Assembly: GCA_943704415.1 (NCBI GenBank)
Contig: CALSCO010000636.1
Location: forward strand, 1 to 34,488
Direction: 5' to 3'
Source: Parvularia atlantis
Lineage: Eukaryota
DNA: 34,488 nt
In this document: positions 11,939 to 24,130 of the stretch, one piece after another
Layout of the letters: every line of letters starts with the position of its first letter
Numbering within the stretch: position 1 is the first letter of the stretch
Notes under the pieces: model-generated
Database searches by the model: none
What the model was told of the DNA's origin: nothing
What the model saw: only the letters and a program-made list of their open reading frames with translations
Program-made: the position numbers and the translations under genes

Positions 11939-12272
11939 GCACCCTCGGTCACGTCGTTGATGTTCTCGAGCGCGTGCGCGGCCGACTTGAACGGAATGAA
12001 CGCCTTGAGCTTGATCGTGCGGCCGAACTTGGACAGGTCCTGCACGCTCGCCTGGACCTCGGGCAGGGTCTGTGCCGCCGCGCGTTGCGGTCAGACGTGC
12101 GCGCACAAGCGCGCGGGTGAGCCGCCGCGCGCCTGGCCGATCTCCTCCGACTCGAGCCGCTCGAAGAGCGCGTACCCGGACGCGGACTCGAACAGGAGGT
12201 ACAGCTGGCTCTGCGCGGCGTGCGGCGTGCGCGTCAGGCGCACGGCGGGCGCGCGGAGCAAGGACGGACCAT
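9823..12272 (-). CDS. NOP56: Nucleolar protein 56 (box C/D snoRNP core)
   Basis: [18 protein letters not shown] (first coding exon is ATG only), [79 protein letters not shown] and a Lys-rich tail. Stop at 9823-9825. Confidence 0.96.
9960..10253 (-). other. Oversized (294 nt) last intron of NOP56 with hairpins and an AT-rich/poly(A) core
   Basis: AAAG|GTGCGC donor at 10253 and CAG|CC acceptor at 9960 join in frame (GK|AKKSKK). About five times the typical intron size here. Confidence 0.75.
11901..11936. repeat. (AG)18 microsatellite inside a NOP56 intron
   Basis: Perfect dinucleotide run, (CT)n on the sense strand. Confidence 0.95.
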
Positions 12273-12348
12273 GCGGCTCGCGTTTCTGGAAGGGTTTGCG
12301 AATGCTCTCGAAGGTCTCCGATTGCGCAACCTCGCTGCCCGATCAGCT

Positions 12349-14940
12349 ATGGCCGACGCAGAGGGCGAGCCGCCGTTCTCGTCGCTGCCCGGTGCGGCCT
12401 GGGCGCGCGCCGTCCCGCACGGTCCCCGTGACGCGCGCCACCGCCGCCACCGCAGAGAAGCTGTTCTACGTCTCAGAGCGTGAGGGCAGCGACGAGGTCG
12501 GCGACGGCACCGAGGCCAAGCCGTACAAGAGCGTGCTCCGCGCGCTGCAGGCCGCCGAGGTGCGCGCGCGCACACACACGAGGGCCGGCACGGCACGGGG
12601 CTGACGCGCGCGCGTGCGCACACGCGCAGGGCCAGTTCGCGCCTGAGGTTATGATCGACGGCACGGCCGCCGGCGAGCGCTGGCAGAAGAGTGCGCGCCC
12701 GGCCGCCACACGTGCGCGCAGAGCACGTGTCTCACGCCGCCCGCAGTGGCCAACGCCGCGCTCAAAAAGGTCAAGAAGCAGCACGCGGCCGAGCAGAAAA
12801 AGACCGAGGCCGCGGCCGGCGCTGCCGCCAAGAAGGCCGCCGAGGACGAGAAGCGGCTGGAGGAGGCGCGCCGCGTCAAAATCGAGCAGGACAAGTCGCT
12901 CCCGCCGGCCAAGCGCGTGCGTCGCCGCCTCGTCTGCGCGCGACGTGCTTGACGCGCCACGCGCGCGCGCGCGCGCGTTCAGATCAAGATCCGCGACGGA
13001 CTGCAGCACCGCGGCCAGCGCGTGCGCGTGAGCGGCTGGGTGCACCGCCTGCGCTCGCAGGTGCGCACAAAAACACCCATCGCGCCGGGCTTGCTCACGC
13101 GGCGCGCGAACGCGCAGGGTAAGAACTTGATGTTTGTGGTGCTGCGCGACGGCACGGGCTACCTGCAGTGCGTGCTCAATGACAAGCTCGTGCGTCGCGT
13201 CCGCGCCTGCGCCGCGCGTCCGCGCCTGACAGCCGCCGGCAGTGCCAGACGTACGAGGCCGTCACGCTCACGCGTGAGTCGACCATCACCGTCTACGGCA
13301 CGCTGCAGGCCGTCAAAGAGGGCCAGTCGGTACGCGGCGCGGTGGCGCACCCGACCCGCACCGCCGACGCGGGTGTCTCGCGCAGGCCGAGGGCGGCCAC
13401 GAGCTCGCCGTCGACTTCTGGGAGGTCATCTCGATGGCGCCAAGCGGCCCGGAGTCGGTCGAGAACAAGTTCAACGTCGAGGCCGGGCCCGAGGTGCTGC
13501 TCGACAACCGCCACATGGTGCACCGCGGCGAGAAGGGTGCGCGCCGCGCCGTGACGCGCTTGGCGTGCGCGCGGTGCCGGCCAACCACGCCGTGCCTCGC
13601 CAGCGTCCAAGATCATGAAGATGCGTGCGGTCGTGCTTCGCGCGTTCCGCGACCACTTCTACGATCGCGGATACTTTGAAGTCACCCCGCCGTGCCTTGT
13701 CCAGACGCAGGTCGAGGGCGGTAGCACGCTGTTTTCGCTCAACTACTACGGGCAGCCGGTGCGGTGCCGCACGACCGCCCTCGCTGCCTCGGCTGACCGT
13801 TGTGCCGCCGCCGCCGCCGCGCAGGCGTACCTCACGCAGTCGTCGCAGCTGTACCTTGAGACGGTCGTCCCGTCGCTCGGCGACGTGTACTGCATCCAGG
13901 CGCGTGGCGCCGGCACCGGCCAGTTCAGGCAGCTGAAGCGGATGCGCCCTGCCAGGAGTCGTTCCGCGCCGAGAAGTCGCGGACACGCCGCCACCTGTCC
14001 GAGTACACGCACCTCGAGGCTGAGTGCCCCTTCATCACGTTCGAGGAGCTGCTCGAACGCATTGAGGACCTCGTGTGCGACACGGTCGACCGCGTGCTCA
14101 AGAGCCCGCTCGCGCCGATGCTGTACGAGCTGCACCCGGACTTCAAGCCGCCCAAGCGCCCGTTCAGGCGCATGGAGTACAAGGTGTCGTGCGCGCGCGC
14201 CTGACGGTTATGCCGCTCACGAGGTGTTGTGCGCGCGCATGCAGGCGGGCATCGAGTGGCTCAAGCAGCACAACGTCACCAAGGATGATGGCACCTTCTA
14301 CGAGTTTGGCGAGGTGCGCCGCGTGCATGCGCTCTGCGCCGCCCGCCGCCGCCTGAGACCGTGCGCGCAGGACATCCCTGAGGCGCCCGAGCGCCGCATG
14401 ACCGACGCCATCAACGAGCCGATCTTGTTCTGCAAGTTTCCGGCCGAGATCAAGTCGTTCTACATGCCGCGGTGCAAGGACGACAACCGCCTGACCGAGT
14501 CGGTCGACGTGCTCATGCCCGGCGTGGGCGAGATCGTCGGCGGCTCGATGAGGATCTGGAACCTGGTGCGGCCCACGTGGCCGCGCTTGCACCCCCCTGA
14601 CGCCCGCGCCGCGCCGTGCAGGAGGAGCTCATGGCCGGGTACAAGCGCGAGGGCATTGACCCGACGCCCTACTACTGGTTCACGGACCAGCGCAAGTACG
14701 GCGCGTGCCCGCACGGCGGCTACGGCCTCGGCGTCGAGCGCTTCCTGGTGCGCGCTCCGTGCTGTCGGCGAGCGGCACTGACACGCGCGGACGCCCGGGC
14801 GCTCGCAGGCGTGGCTGCTCAGGCAGGACCACGTGCGCGACGTCTGCCTGTGCGTGCTGCGTGCGGCGCGCTGGCGGGGCGGGCGGGGCTGACGCGCGAG
14901 GCGCAGGTACCCGCGCTACGTCGACCGCTGCCAGCCGTAA
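12349..14940 (+). CDS. NARS1: Cytosolic asparaginyl-tRNA synthetase, multi-exon
   Basis: Eukaryotic N-terminal [120 protein letters not shown] and [11 protein letters not shown]. Stop at 14938-14940. Confidence 0.97.
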
Positions 14941-15038
14941 GCAGCGCGCGCCGGTGCGCCGGGGAGGGGTGTGCGAGCGACGGCCGCAACTCTGGCTTTG
15001 TGTCACGCACGACGGCTTTACAGCGGGAAGAGGCGCGT

Positions 15039-15999
15039 TCAGTCCTCGCCCACGGGGATCTCGTCCTCGAGGATCTTGATGAGCTGCGCACGCCGCGTCC
15101 TCGTCAGCACACAGAGCCGGCAGGCAGCGGCCACAGACCTTGACGCGCAGCTCGGACGGCTCGCCGTCCCGCAGCACGTCCTTTACGAATGAGCACTCGA
15201 CCTGCATCTGCACCTGCCGTCCGCGTGCTCAGCCCGCCCGTCCAGCCGCGCAGCGCGTCCCCGTCCCGCGCACCATCTCGAGCGCGCCACGCAGCACGCC
15301 GCAGAGCAGGTTGCAGTACGACAGGCCGGCGGCGTCCTCAGGCAGCTGCCGGGCGCGCACACACGCACGTCTCAGCACGACGGCGGCCACGCGCATCGCC
15401 CCGCGTCGCGGCAGCGCGCCTCGACAAAGTCCGTCAGCGGGTTGTCTTCGAACAGCAGCGAGAAGGCCTTGCCGTCGGGCGACCAGTTGGTCACGGCTGG
15501 GGTGATGTTGAGGAACATCTTGAACCCGACCTGACGGCGGCGGCGGTGAAGTGAGCACGCGTGCGTCAGCGTCGTGCACCGCGCGCGCGCCTTGGAGATG
15601 ACCTCGGCCGTCTCGCGCAGGTCGGCGCAGCGGCGCGCGTTGGACCGCGCCAGGAAGTCCTCGATCAGCCGCACGCCGATGTTGTACCCCCTGGCGCCGC
15701 GCGCCGGCGTGGGTCGCGAGGCGCACGATCAGGGGGGCACCGCGCGCACATCTTCTCGAGCTGCTTGTTGACGTCGGCGTAGTCGCGGTCGCTGTCCTTG
15801 ACCAGCTGCGCCACCAGCGCGCCGTACGTGAGCGTGAACAGCTCGGCGTTCTGCGCGCGCCCGCGTGAGCACGCCGCGCACAGCGCGCGGGCGCAGCAGA
15901 CGCAACGATCTTCTCCACGCGTGTGCGCCACACGTCCTCGCCCTGCGCCTTGAGCTGCGCCGCGCCGCGCGCCGTCGCGGCCGTGCTTGCGGCCATCAT
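15039..15999 (-). CDS. TRAPPC3: TRAPP complex subunit BET3/TRAPPC3
   Basis: [78 protein letters not shown] and [10 protein letters not shown]. 6 introns. Confidence 0.96.
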
Positions 16000-16117
16000 G
16001 CCCCTACCACGCACGAACACAGGCTAGGCTTAGCAAGCAGTCGATTGCTAATGTTACACTTTAGAGAGAGAGTGATGCTACTGGCTGCGTATGCACTCAG
16101 TGCGCCGACGCGTCCGC

Positions 16118-19100
16118 TCAGAAGATGCCCTGCGGGACATCGTGAATGACCTCCTCGCCGCCGCTCCGCAGCGTCACGCGGAACGGCGAGGCCCAGTCCA
16201 GGCTCACGCCCTCGAGCACGGCCACGGGCGGCTTGACTGCGCGTTTGCGACGGCGCTGAGCGCACCGGTCGCGGCAAGATAGGCACCGCACCGGCGGGCG
16301 CCGTCATCCGCTGCACGAGCGCCTGCTTCGATGCGCCGCCCATCACCGACGCGAAGAACGCGGTTGCCGTCGGCCATAGCCGCATGGCGCTGCGTCCACG
16401 CGTGAGCCACGCCCTGCAGCGGCCAACGTCCGTGCGACGCACCCGTCGGCCGTGTAGAACGCCGCCACGATGCGCCCGTCTGGCGAGATCGACACGGCGC
16501 TGACGGCAGAGCGGTGGCCCTGCGCGGCGTGCGCGATCGGCGTGCGCCCCACGTACGCGCGCGCGCACGCACCTCGAAGATCTGCAGGCGCGTGCCCGTG
16601 CGCACGTCGTACAGGATCACGCAGCCGTCCAGCGTGCCGAGCGCGAGGCGCTGTGAGGCCGTGTGGAACGAGATAAACGGATAGGCCACAACGAGGTCTG
16701 CCGCCCGGCCGCTCAGTCGCACGCCGACGCCCGCGCCGAGGCACGCGCGCGCACCCCGCAGCGCGCTCGTCGTCGGCTGCAGCAGCGTCTCGCGCAGGCT
16801 GTTGCCCGCGGTCGGGTCGAGCGAGCGCAGGATGATCTCGACGATGCGGTCTAGGTACTCGTACAGCACAAGCGGCCGCTGCCACGGCGCCGTCAGCGGC
16901 GCGCTAACCCCATGGCACGCGTCCGCGACGCACCCGCTTGATGATGTACGAAATCAGCTTGAGCGCGCCCAGCCGGTCCGAGTCGGCGCGGCTCACGAGC
17001 TTGTCGTTGACGAGGAACTGCACAAACTCCTTTGGCACCGCCACCGCGACCTATGACCATCGTCAGCCCTCGAGCCCTTCGGCCGGCCGGCCATGGTGCG
17101 TGCCTGCACGAGCGCCTGCCTCGACGACCGCCGCAGCGCCTGCGCCTGCGCCGCCGTTGTAGTGCCTATCGCGAGGCCGCTGCGTTAGCATCACCTTGCA
17201 CGAGCCGCCGCGACCGCGCACCGGACACCGATCCACCAAAGCCGCCGCCGCCTCCCGCGTGCGCGCCCGCGGTCAGCAAGCAGGCAGTCGCCATAGACGC
17301 GCGCGCACCGATCGCCGCGTGCTCCAGGACGACCGCCGCGCCGACCTGCGACGTGATCGCCGCGCTCGTGGACGACGCCGGCCCCAGCCTGCAGTGCCCG
17401 CGCGTCAGCGGTGATGGCGTGCGTCAAGTGCGGCACCGTGCGCACCCGACAGCCGCACGCAGCGACGCCAGCGTCGACGACGACGGTGGCGGCGCCGTGA
17501 GTGACGACAGCGACGTGAACCCTGCGCTGGTGCTCAGGACGGCCGAACCCGCGCGGCGTGCAACCGGCGCACCCGACGTGGCGCTCCGGTCCGCCTGGCC
17601 GAGCGAGCGCTGCGACACGGCGCGGCGCACTGCGTTGTCGCGCACGACATCATCAGCAGTCGCGAGCAGCAGCCGGCGTATGCGCACCTGGCGACGACTG
17701 CGGCGTCAGGTTGCCGCCACCAGACACGCTCTGGCTGTTGTCGGCTGTCGGCGACGCGCGCGCGTCAGCGATGCGTCGTGGTCGCGGCTGGCGCACCCGT
17801 CGAGGCGCGGCGCGACATCGGGAAGCCACCCGACTGCAGCGCCGGCAGCGGGAAGGCGGACGCAAAAAGGACCTTGAGGATCTGCGTGTCGTTCAGGTCT
17901 GCCCGCGCGGCCTCGTCAGCACACCGCGCGTGCGCAGCCAACGCGCCCAGTGTGCGCACGCTTCGCCCAGACGGTGTAGCCGCGCCCGAGCAGGTCCGTG
18001 CAGGCGGCGCGCAGGTACCCGCGCGACTCGTCCATGATGAGCGACACGAGCGACTGGGCGACTTGGGCGCGGTACCTGGCCGGCCACCTCGCGCGCGTAA
18101 GCGGGCCGTGTGCGTCTACAAGTGCACATGCGCACCGCTCGGGCAGCGCCGCGGCCTTGTCGACGCCGACCGCGCCGAGAATGAGTGCCGAGATCGGCCG
18201 CGCCTTCTTGGCCGAGTTGCCGTACGGCACTGCGCGGCACGGGCGCGGGTCAACTGAGCACGCACGCGTTGCCGGCGCAACGCACGCAGCGGCGCCCAGT
18301 ACTGCACAAGCGCGTTCATCTCATGGCCGTTCATGCGCGCGAGCGCCGCGCCAAACAGCGACCGCGCGGCCTGCTGCACGTCACCGAGCGTGTCCTGCCA
18401 GAACGACGCCAGGAACGGCAGCGACGGCGGCGTGTACCGCCCGGCGGGCAACTTGTCGGGCAGAAGCGTGCAGTAGTGCGTCATGAGCACGTTGCTGTCC
18501 TCTTCGAGGCCTGCGCACATTGCCGGTCAGCGTGTGACGGCCACACACGCGCTACATGCCTTGCACGGCGATCAGCGCCTTGGTCAGCGCGACGATGAGC
18601 AGCAGTCGGTGCGCGGTCATGTAGCTGGACACGGACCACTCCTCGCCGGGCTGCACCACGCCCGGCGCGAGGATCGACAGCGTGCCGGACGGCCTGCCGC
18701 CCGCCGTGAGCGGCCCCGTACCGCCGCAGCACCAAGCGGACGCACCCGCGCAGTCCGAGTGTGATGTTGGGCGGCAGGGGCTGCAGGCCGAGCTTCTTGG
18801 TGCAGATGTCGTCCAGATCCTTCTGCGGGCGCAGTGGTGAGCACACTGTCCCGACCCGCGGCAACAAACATGCCTGTAGGCCCCAGCTGAGCAGCGCCGA
18901 CGTCACGACCTGCACCAGCGACACCAGCGTCGAGTTGCTCCCGCCGCCGCCGGCCCCACCGCCGCCCGCCGACGCGACGGCAGCGCTCGCGGCCACCGTG
19001 GCAGCGGTCTTGCGCAGGTCGGCCAGCGGCGTCGGTGCCCGGGCAATGGGGCTGTCGAGCGTGAGGCTGTCCTCCAATGACCGCGCGATGTAGCCGCGCG

Positions 19101-22100
19101 TGTACCCGCCCGCGAGCACCCTGCGCCACGCCGCGGTGAGCACGGCTGTTTTTTTTTTGGCCGGCATGCGCGCGGCCGCACTTGGTCTGCACGCGCAGAC
19201 TGGCCGACGAGCCAAAGTCCTCATCGGTCGTCTCGCTGCTCGCGTGTACAGCCGACAGCAGCCGACGCACGTTGAACGTGAGCACCTCGGCCTGCGGGAT
19301 GGTCGACGCTGCGCACAGCGCGAGGGCGGGTCAGGGTGGCTCGCGTGCGCGCCTCGCTCGCACGCACAGCGCGCCTCGGCCAGCACGGGCGTCGAGCGCA
19401 GCATCTCGGCGCTGTCGGCGCTGATGTCGCCGTCGATGTCCTGCAGCACGCTGCGGGTTGCGCGCTCAGTCACCACCTTACACGAATGAACGCATCGGCA
19501 GCCGCGCCACCTCAGACGCCCGTCGCAGCCACGGATGATCTCGGCGGCAAGGTGGCCCGACGCGCGCCGGTCGAGGTGGCCCGTGCCCATCTGTCGCGCG
19601 GTGCGTCAGCGCGGGAGCTGGTCCCGGCACATCACAGCGCGCACCTGCCAGACGTAGATGGTGCCGTCGAGGCACCGCGTGATCAGAAAGTCGTCGCGCG
19701 CGCGCCAGTGGATCGACACGATCGGGTACGGGTGCCCACCGAGCAGGTACACGCTGTACGATGGTGTCGTCAGAGCCGACAGCGGCCGGCGGCAGGCGGC
19801 CGGAAGCAGGCAGGCAGCGCGCGCACCACTTCATCTCGTCCAGCGAGAAGATGGCCAGGGCGTTGTCGCGGCCGATCGAGCACACGTGGCCACGCAGGCG
19901 CATGCCCGAGTCGCGCGGGAACATGACAAAGGCCGTCACCTCGCCCGTGTGCGGCAGGAACGTGTTGAGGAGGTCGCCGGTGCTGCGGAACACCGCCGCG
20001 CGCGGTCAGCCGGCCGCAGTGCACGAACGCGCGCGGCCGCACTCGATGTTCCACATGCGCACGGTCAGGTCGGTCGAGCCCGACATGAGGTAGTTCTTGT
20101 TGGGGATGTCGGGCGAGATGAAGCATGTGATCTTGGCTGCGCCCCGGGCCGCCGCGGTTGAGCCGCTGAGCGCGCACCACAGAGCAGCCACGCACCCTTG
20201 TGCCCACGCAGCACATTGATCGCGCGGCGCGCATCAACCGGTGTGCCAGCGCTGGCTGCGCTCGCGGGGCTGTTGGGCGTGAGCGGGGCGGGCGACTGGG
20301 GCGTCATGCGGCGGCCAAAGTTGTCGACTGCGGCGGCGGTGAGCGGTGGCGGGCGCGCACGGGTGGAGCCCCAAGCGCACTGAGGGTGACGCGGATGTCG
20401 CCGCTCGGGAAGCCCTGGACGAACCACTGCTCGCGGATCACGCTCACCGCCGACGGCACCTGATCCAGCGGGCGCCAGGACGTGTGCGTCGGGATCTGCC
20501 AAAGGCTCTGGATACCGGTCTCTGCCGGGCGGGTCGCGTCGCGTCAGGCACCATGCGCGCAGGCACCGTGCGCGCACGCACCCCACACGGGCTGCAGGCT
20601 CGTGGGGATGTGCACGCTCGCGTCCGGCCGCCCCGACGGCACGGACATGCTCCACATCGTCACGAGCGAGTCGGCCTTGGCGTTGACCGAGAACGCAACG
20701 ATCTTGTACAGCGCCGAGGGCGCCTCGCGGCCCGTCGCGGCGGCCGTGACGGCGTTGGCCAGCGTGACCTTGGCCGGGATCAAGTTGACAAACTGCGCGC
20801 GCGAGATCGGGTCGGCTGGCGCGCGCGAGCGTGAAACGTCAGCAGCACGCGGGAGGCGTCGGCACACGCGCACACCCTGCGCGCTTCGGTCCAGCGTGAG
20901 CAACAGCGTCGGGCGCGGCTGCGGGCTCTTCATCGCCATCTGGGCACGGCCTCGCCGCCCGGTGAGCCGAGCTAAGTGTGCGTCGGCGCGCCAACGCACC
21001 TGCGCCTGCATCTGCTCGCGCTTGCGCTCCTGCGCCGCACTGATCATGCCCTTGGCGGCGTACGCGACCGCAACACCGTCGCTGTACGTGAGCTGCGGCA
21101 GGCGGTACACGAACGCGCGGCCCTGCCGAAGCAGCGTCAGCGTACGGCGCCGATGCATCGTCATGCGCCGCGGCACCTGCGTGTTCCACAGCAGCAGCGT
21201 GTCCGTGTCAAGGAAGAGCATGCCCGCGAACGCCGGGGCGCCCTGGCGCGGCAGCGGCGGCCTCGACAGGGCCGGGCTGTCCTCGGCGTCGACCGCGGGC
21301 GGCACAACCGGCGAGTCGACCGGCGTGGACGCGAACGCGGCCGGGCGGATCTTGACGAGGACGCGGAACGTGCTCGCGTCGTAGATCTGCGCGCGCGCGC
21401 GCGCGCGTGCTCCTGCGTCGGCACGCCGTTTGGCACTGCGTGCGCGCACCTGGCACTGCGCGCGCGTGAGCACGACGAGCATGGCGCGGTTGAACGGGTT
21501 GATCGACATGTCGAGCGCGTCAAACACCTGCGCGGCGGGCAGCAGCGACATCAGCGCCAGGCGTGCACAATCCCATCTTGCGCAGAGAGTAACGCACGTC
21601 GACGCGCTGCTCGCGCACAGGCATCATGTCGCGCTTGTCGAGCGCCTCCTGCAGCGGCCACGAGCGCAGCGTGCCGTCGACGGTGAGCGTGAAGAGGAAG
21701 TCGGTGTTTTGCGAGGCGATCTCTGCGGGCGGCGGGCGCGCTGCTCAGGCGGGCGCGTGCCGCGGCAGGCAGAGGTGCGCGCACTGAGTGCCTGGATGCT
21801 GCCGTGGATGACCCAGCTCGGCTGCGATAGCGTGGCGACGACCTGCGACGTGCGCATGAGCACGCTGTCTGCGCCATCCGCGCGCAGTGCATGCCTCAAG
21901 CGTGGCCAGGTCGAGCACGAGCGCGTCGGTGCTGTTGCCGCAGACGAGGACCTGCTTGCCGTTGCCCTATGTTGCGTCCGTCAGGCCGTCAGCGCGTCTG
22001 CGCCCGCCGTGCCGCGTCACGACGCACGAGCAGCAGCAGGTGCCGCGGCTGCGACGGGAAGACGCGGTGGCTGATGTTGAGGCACTGGCCGTCGTCGAGG

Positions 22101-22517
22101 CTCCAGACGGCGACGGTGCTGTCGCGCGGCGGCGACGCGTGAGTGCGGGCTGCGAGCGCACGGACGGGGCGGGCGGCCGCGCACCCGTCCTCCGAGGCCG
22201 ACACGACGACGTCGAGCTCGCTCGCGTCGGCCTCAAGGTGGCACTGCAGCAGCGCGGTCACGGGCGCCGTGTGGCCGAGCAGCAGCACGCGCGGGCTCAG
22301 CTGACACGGCGACGCGCGCGCGTGAACCGACACGAGCGGGCGCGGGGGGCCGAGCGCGACGCACAAAGGCCGTGTCGAGCCCGCCCTTGACGCGCCACAG
22401 CCACAGGTGCCCGAACGGCGAGCCCGTGACGAGGCCGTGCCCGTCGGCCAGCAGGCGCGCGCGCGCGACCTCGTGCCGCAGCGTGCCGAGCCAGCCCGCC
22501 AGTACACAGGTCGTCAT
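16118..22517 (-). CDS. WDR7: WDR7/Rabconnectin-3beta (WDR7/WDR72 family) WD40 protein, many introns
   Basis: N-terminal LVTGS..LWLW..PRVLLLGHTAPVTAL..VVSASEDG..VWSLDDGQC. Also LMSGSTDLTVRMW, LLSWGLQKDLDDIC..LG, PPSLPFLASFWQD..VQQAARSL, LRAACTDLLGRGYTVW, and C-terminal WD LALGTLDG..YDVR..GHRSAVSAVSISPDG. Stop at 16118-16120. Confidence 0.88.
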
Positions 22518-22541
22518 GGTCAGTTGTGCGTCCAACGCTAG

Positions 22542-23262
22542 ATGGACCGGCTACGAGACGGCGGCGGCGGCGGCGCGGCGGGCGGCTCGGGCAAGTCGAC
22601 GTACCGGTTCCGGCAAAGCCTGCAGTTCGTCGACCAGGTGCCCGACTTCCTCAAGGGCCTGGTGCAGCCGCGGCGGCCGCCGCCCGGCGAGGGCGGCGAC
22701 GACGACGACGGTGCGCGCGGAGCACGACGACGCGACCACGGCGCGGCCTGACACAACGAGCGCGCTGCCAGAGCCCGGCGCGCGCAAGCCGGGGCCGCCG
22801 GGGCCACCGGGGCCGCCGGGGCCGCCGGGCGGGGACGAGGACGACGACGCGCGGCCCGAACGCGAGGACGAGGCGCCGCAGGTGGTCGTGCTGACGGCCG
22901 GCGACCTGAGCAAGGAGCAGGCCGAGGCACTGCGTGCGCGCTCGCGCGGCTGCCGTGCCGAGCGGGCGGCTGAGCCGGCGGGCCACGCAGGCGACGTGCC
23001 CGTGTACAAGCCTGGCAAGCTCAGCGGCGGCGCGACCGTGGCGTCGGCCGCGACCGAGGCCGCGTCCGGGCAGCACGTCTTTCGCCGGCGCGCGGCGGCG
23101 CCCAGCGAGGCGGACAAGGCACCGAGCAAGGAGGCTGCTGCTGCTGCGGCGGCGGCGACGAAGCGGCCGGCCGGCGCGGGCGGGACAGGGGCGGCGTCAG
23201 GGTCGGGGTCGGGGCCAGCGAAGAAGCCACGCCCCACTCTGTCTTTCGACCCTGAGAGCTGA
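22542..23262 (+). CDS. KIAA1143/DUF4604-family protein (ORF1 of a candidate bicistronic unit)
   Basis: Introns at 22711-22771 and 22934-22990. Protein has LQFVDQVPDFLKGL, EDEAPQVVVLTAGDLSKEQAE and C-terminal KKPRPTLSFDPES*, matching the recalled DUF4604 motifs (P.FL, PQVVVL..GDL, LSF). Confidence 0.8.
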
Positions 23263-23269
23263 CTGGACG

Positions 23270-24004
23270 ATGGGCCGGCTCGACAACGACCAGGCACGCC
23301 ACCGCACACGCGCACGCCACCGCCCTCGCTGAGCCGCGCACGCGCGCCGCGTCGGCAGTTCCTCGCGCAGCTGGCCAAGCTGTACGAGCGCACAAAGCTC
23401 AAGGGCACGGTCTTCGTGACGACCAAGCAGGGTACGTGCGACGCGACATCACCGGCGTCTGCGCCGTGCCGACACGCCGCGCCGCCGCCGCGCCGCCGCC
23501 GCACTCAGCCGTCCAGTTCCTCAAGAAGGCCGACCGCGCCGAGGCCGGTGGGCCCAAGGTCGCGCCGCTGGTGCCCGGGGCGGTGCTGGTGCGGGCGACG
23601 TGCGGCAGCACCAAGATCTCGACCGTGGTGCGTCGCCCGCCGGCCCGCGCCCGCGCCGCCGCAGCCCACCCCGCTGATGCGCCCGCCGCGCCTGCGCGCA
23701 GGTGCCGCAGGCGAACCTCTTCCGCTTTCACAACGCGTACATGGCCGTGGTCAAGCAGCACATGACGTCGCTCAAGAAGAAGGAGCGCAAGGCGCGCAGC
23801 AAGAAGGGCGCGGCGGGCGCGAGCGGCAGCTCCGAGACGACGGCGGGGCCAGCAGGCGCGGGCAAGGACGCAGCAGCACCACCGGCGGCAGCATCAGCAG
23901 CAGCAGCAGCGGCCGCGGCGGGCAGCAAGAGTCCCTCGACGGCCGCCGTCAAGAGCCCGCAGGCCAAGGCGTCCAAGAGCGCGGCGCGCACGGCCAAGCC
24001 CTGA
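23270..24004 (+). CDS. SRP14: Signal recognition particle 14 kDa subunit, with an Ala-rich C-terminal extension
   Basis: MGRLDNDQ|FLAQLAKLYE..GTVFVTTK..VLVRATCGSTKISTV|VPQANLFRFHNAY....MTSLKKKERK. 3 introns. Stop at 24002-24004. Confidence 0.92.
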
Positions 24005-24130
24005 CACGCGCGCGGCGGCGGCCGACAATGCCGCCGCTGCTTGCTGCTCTCTGTCGCTCTGTGCGGCGGACTGCGGAAGAAAAGCGTCGTCGTGGCTTGG
24101 CTGTACATCGCGTGCGGGGTGGGCGCGGCC

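Noticed and set aside
12365..12455. Possible GC donor (GCGAGC) in the first AsnRS intron
   Set aside because: A same-phase canonical GTGCGG donor at 12392 gives a typical 64-nt intron.
22790..22830. Collagen-like (GPP)4 repeat in KIAA1143
   Set aside because: Only four triplets in a disordered intracellular protein, too short for a triple helix.
23260..23272. Stop-codon readthrough (TGA-CTG) fusing KIAA1143 to SRP14
   Set aside because: The 7-nt spacer puts SRP14 out of frame.
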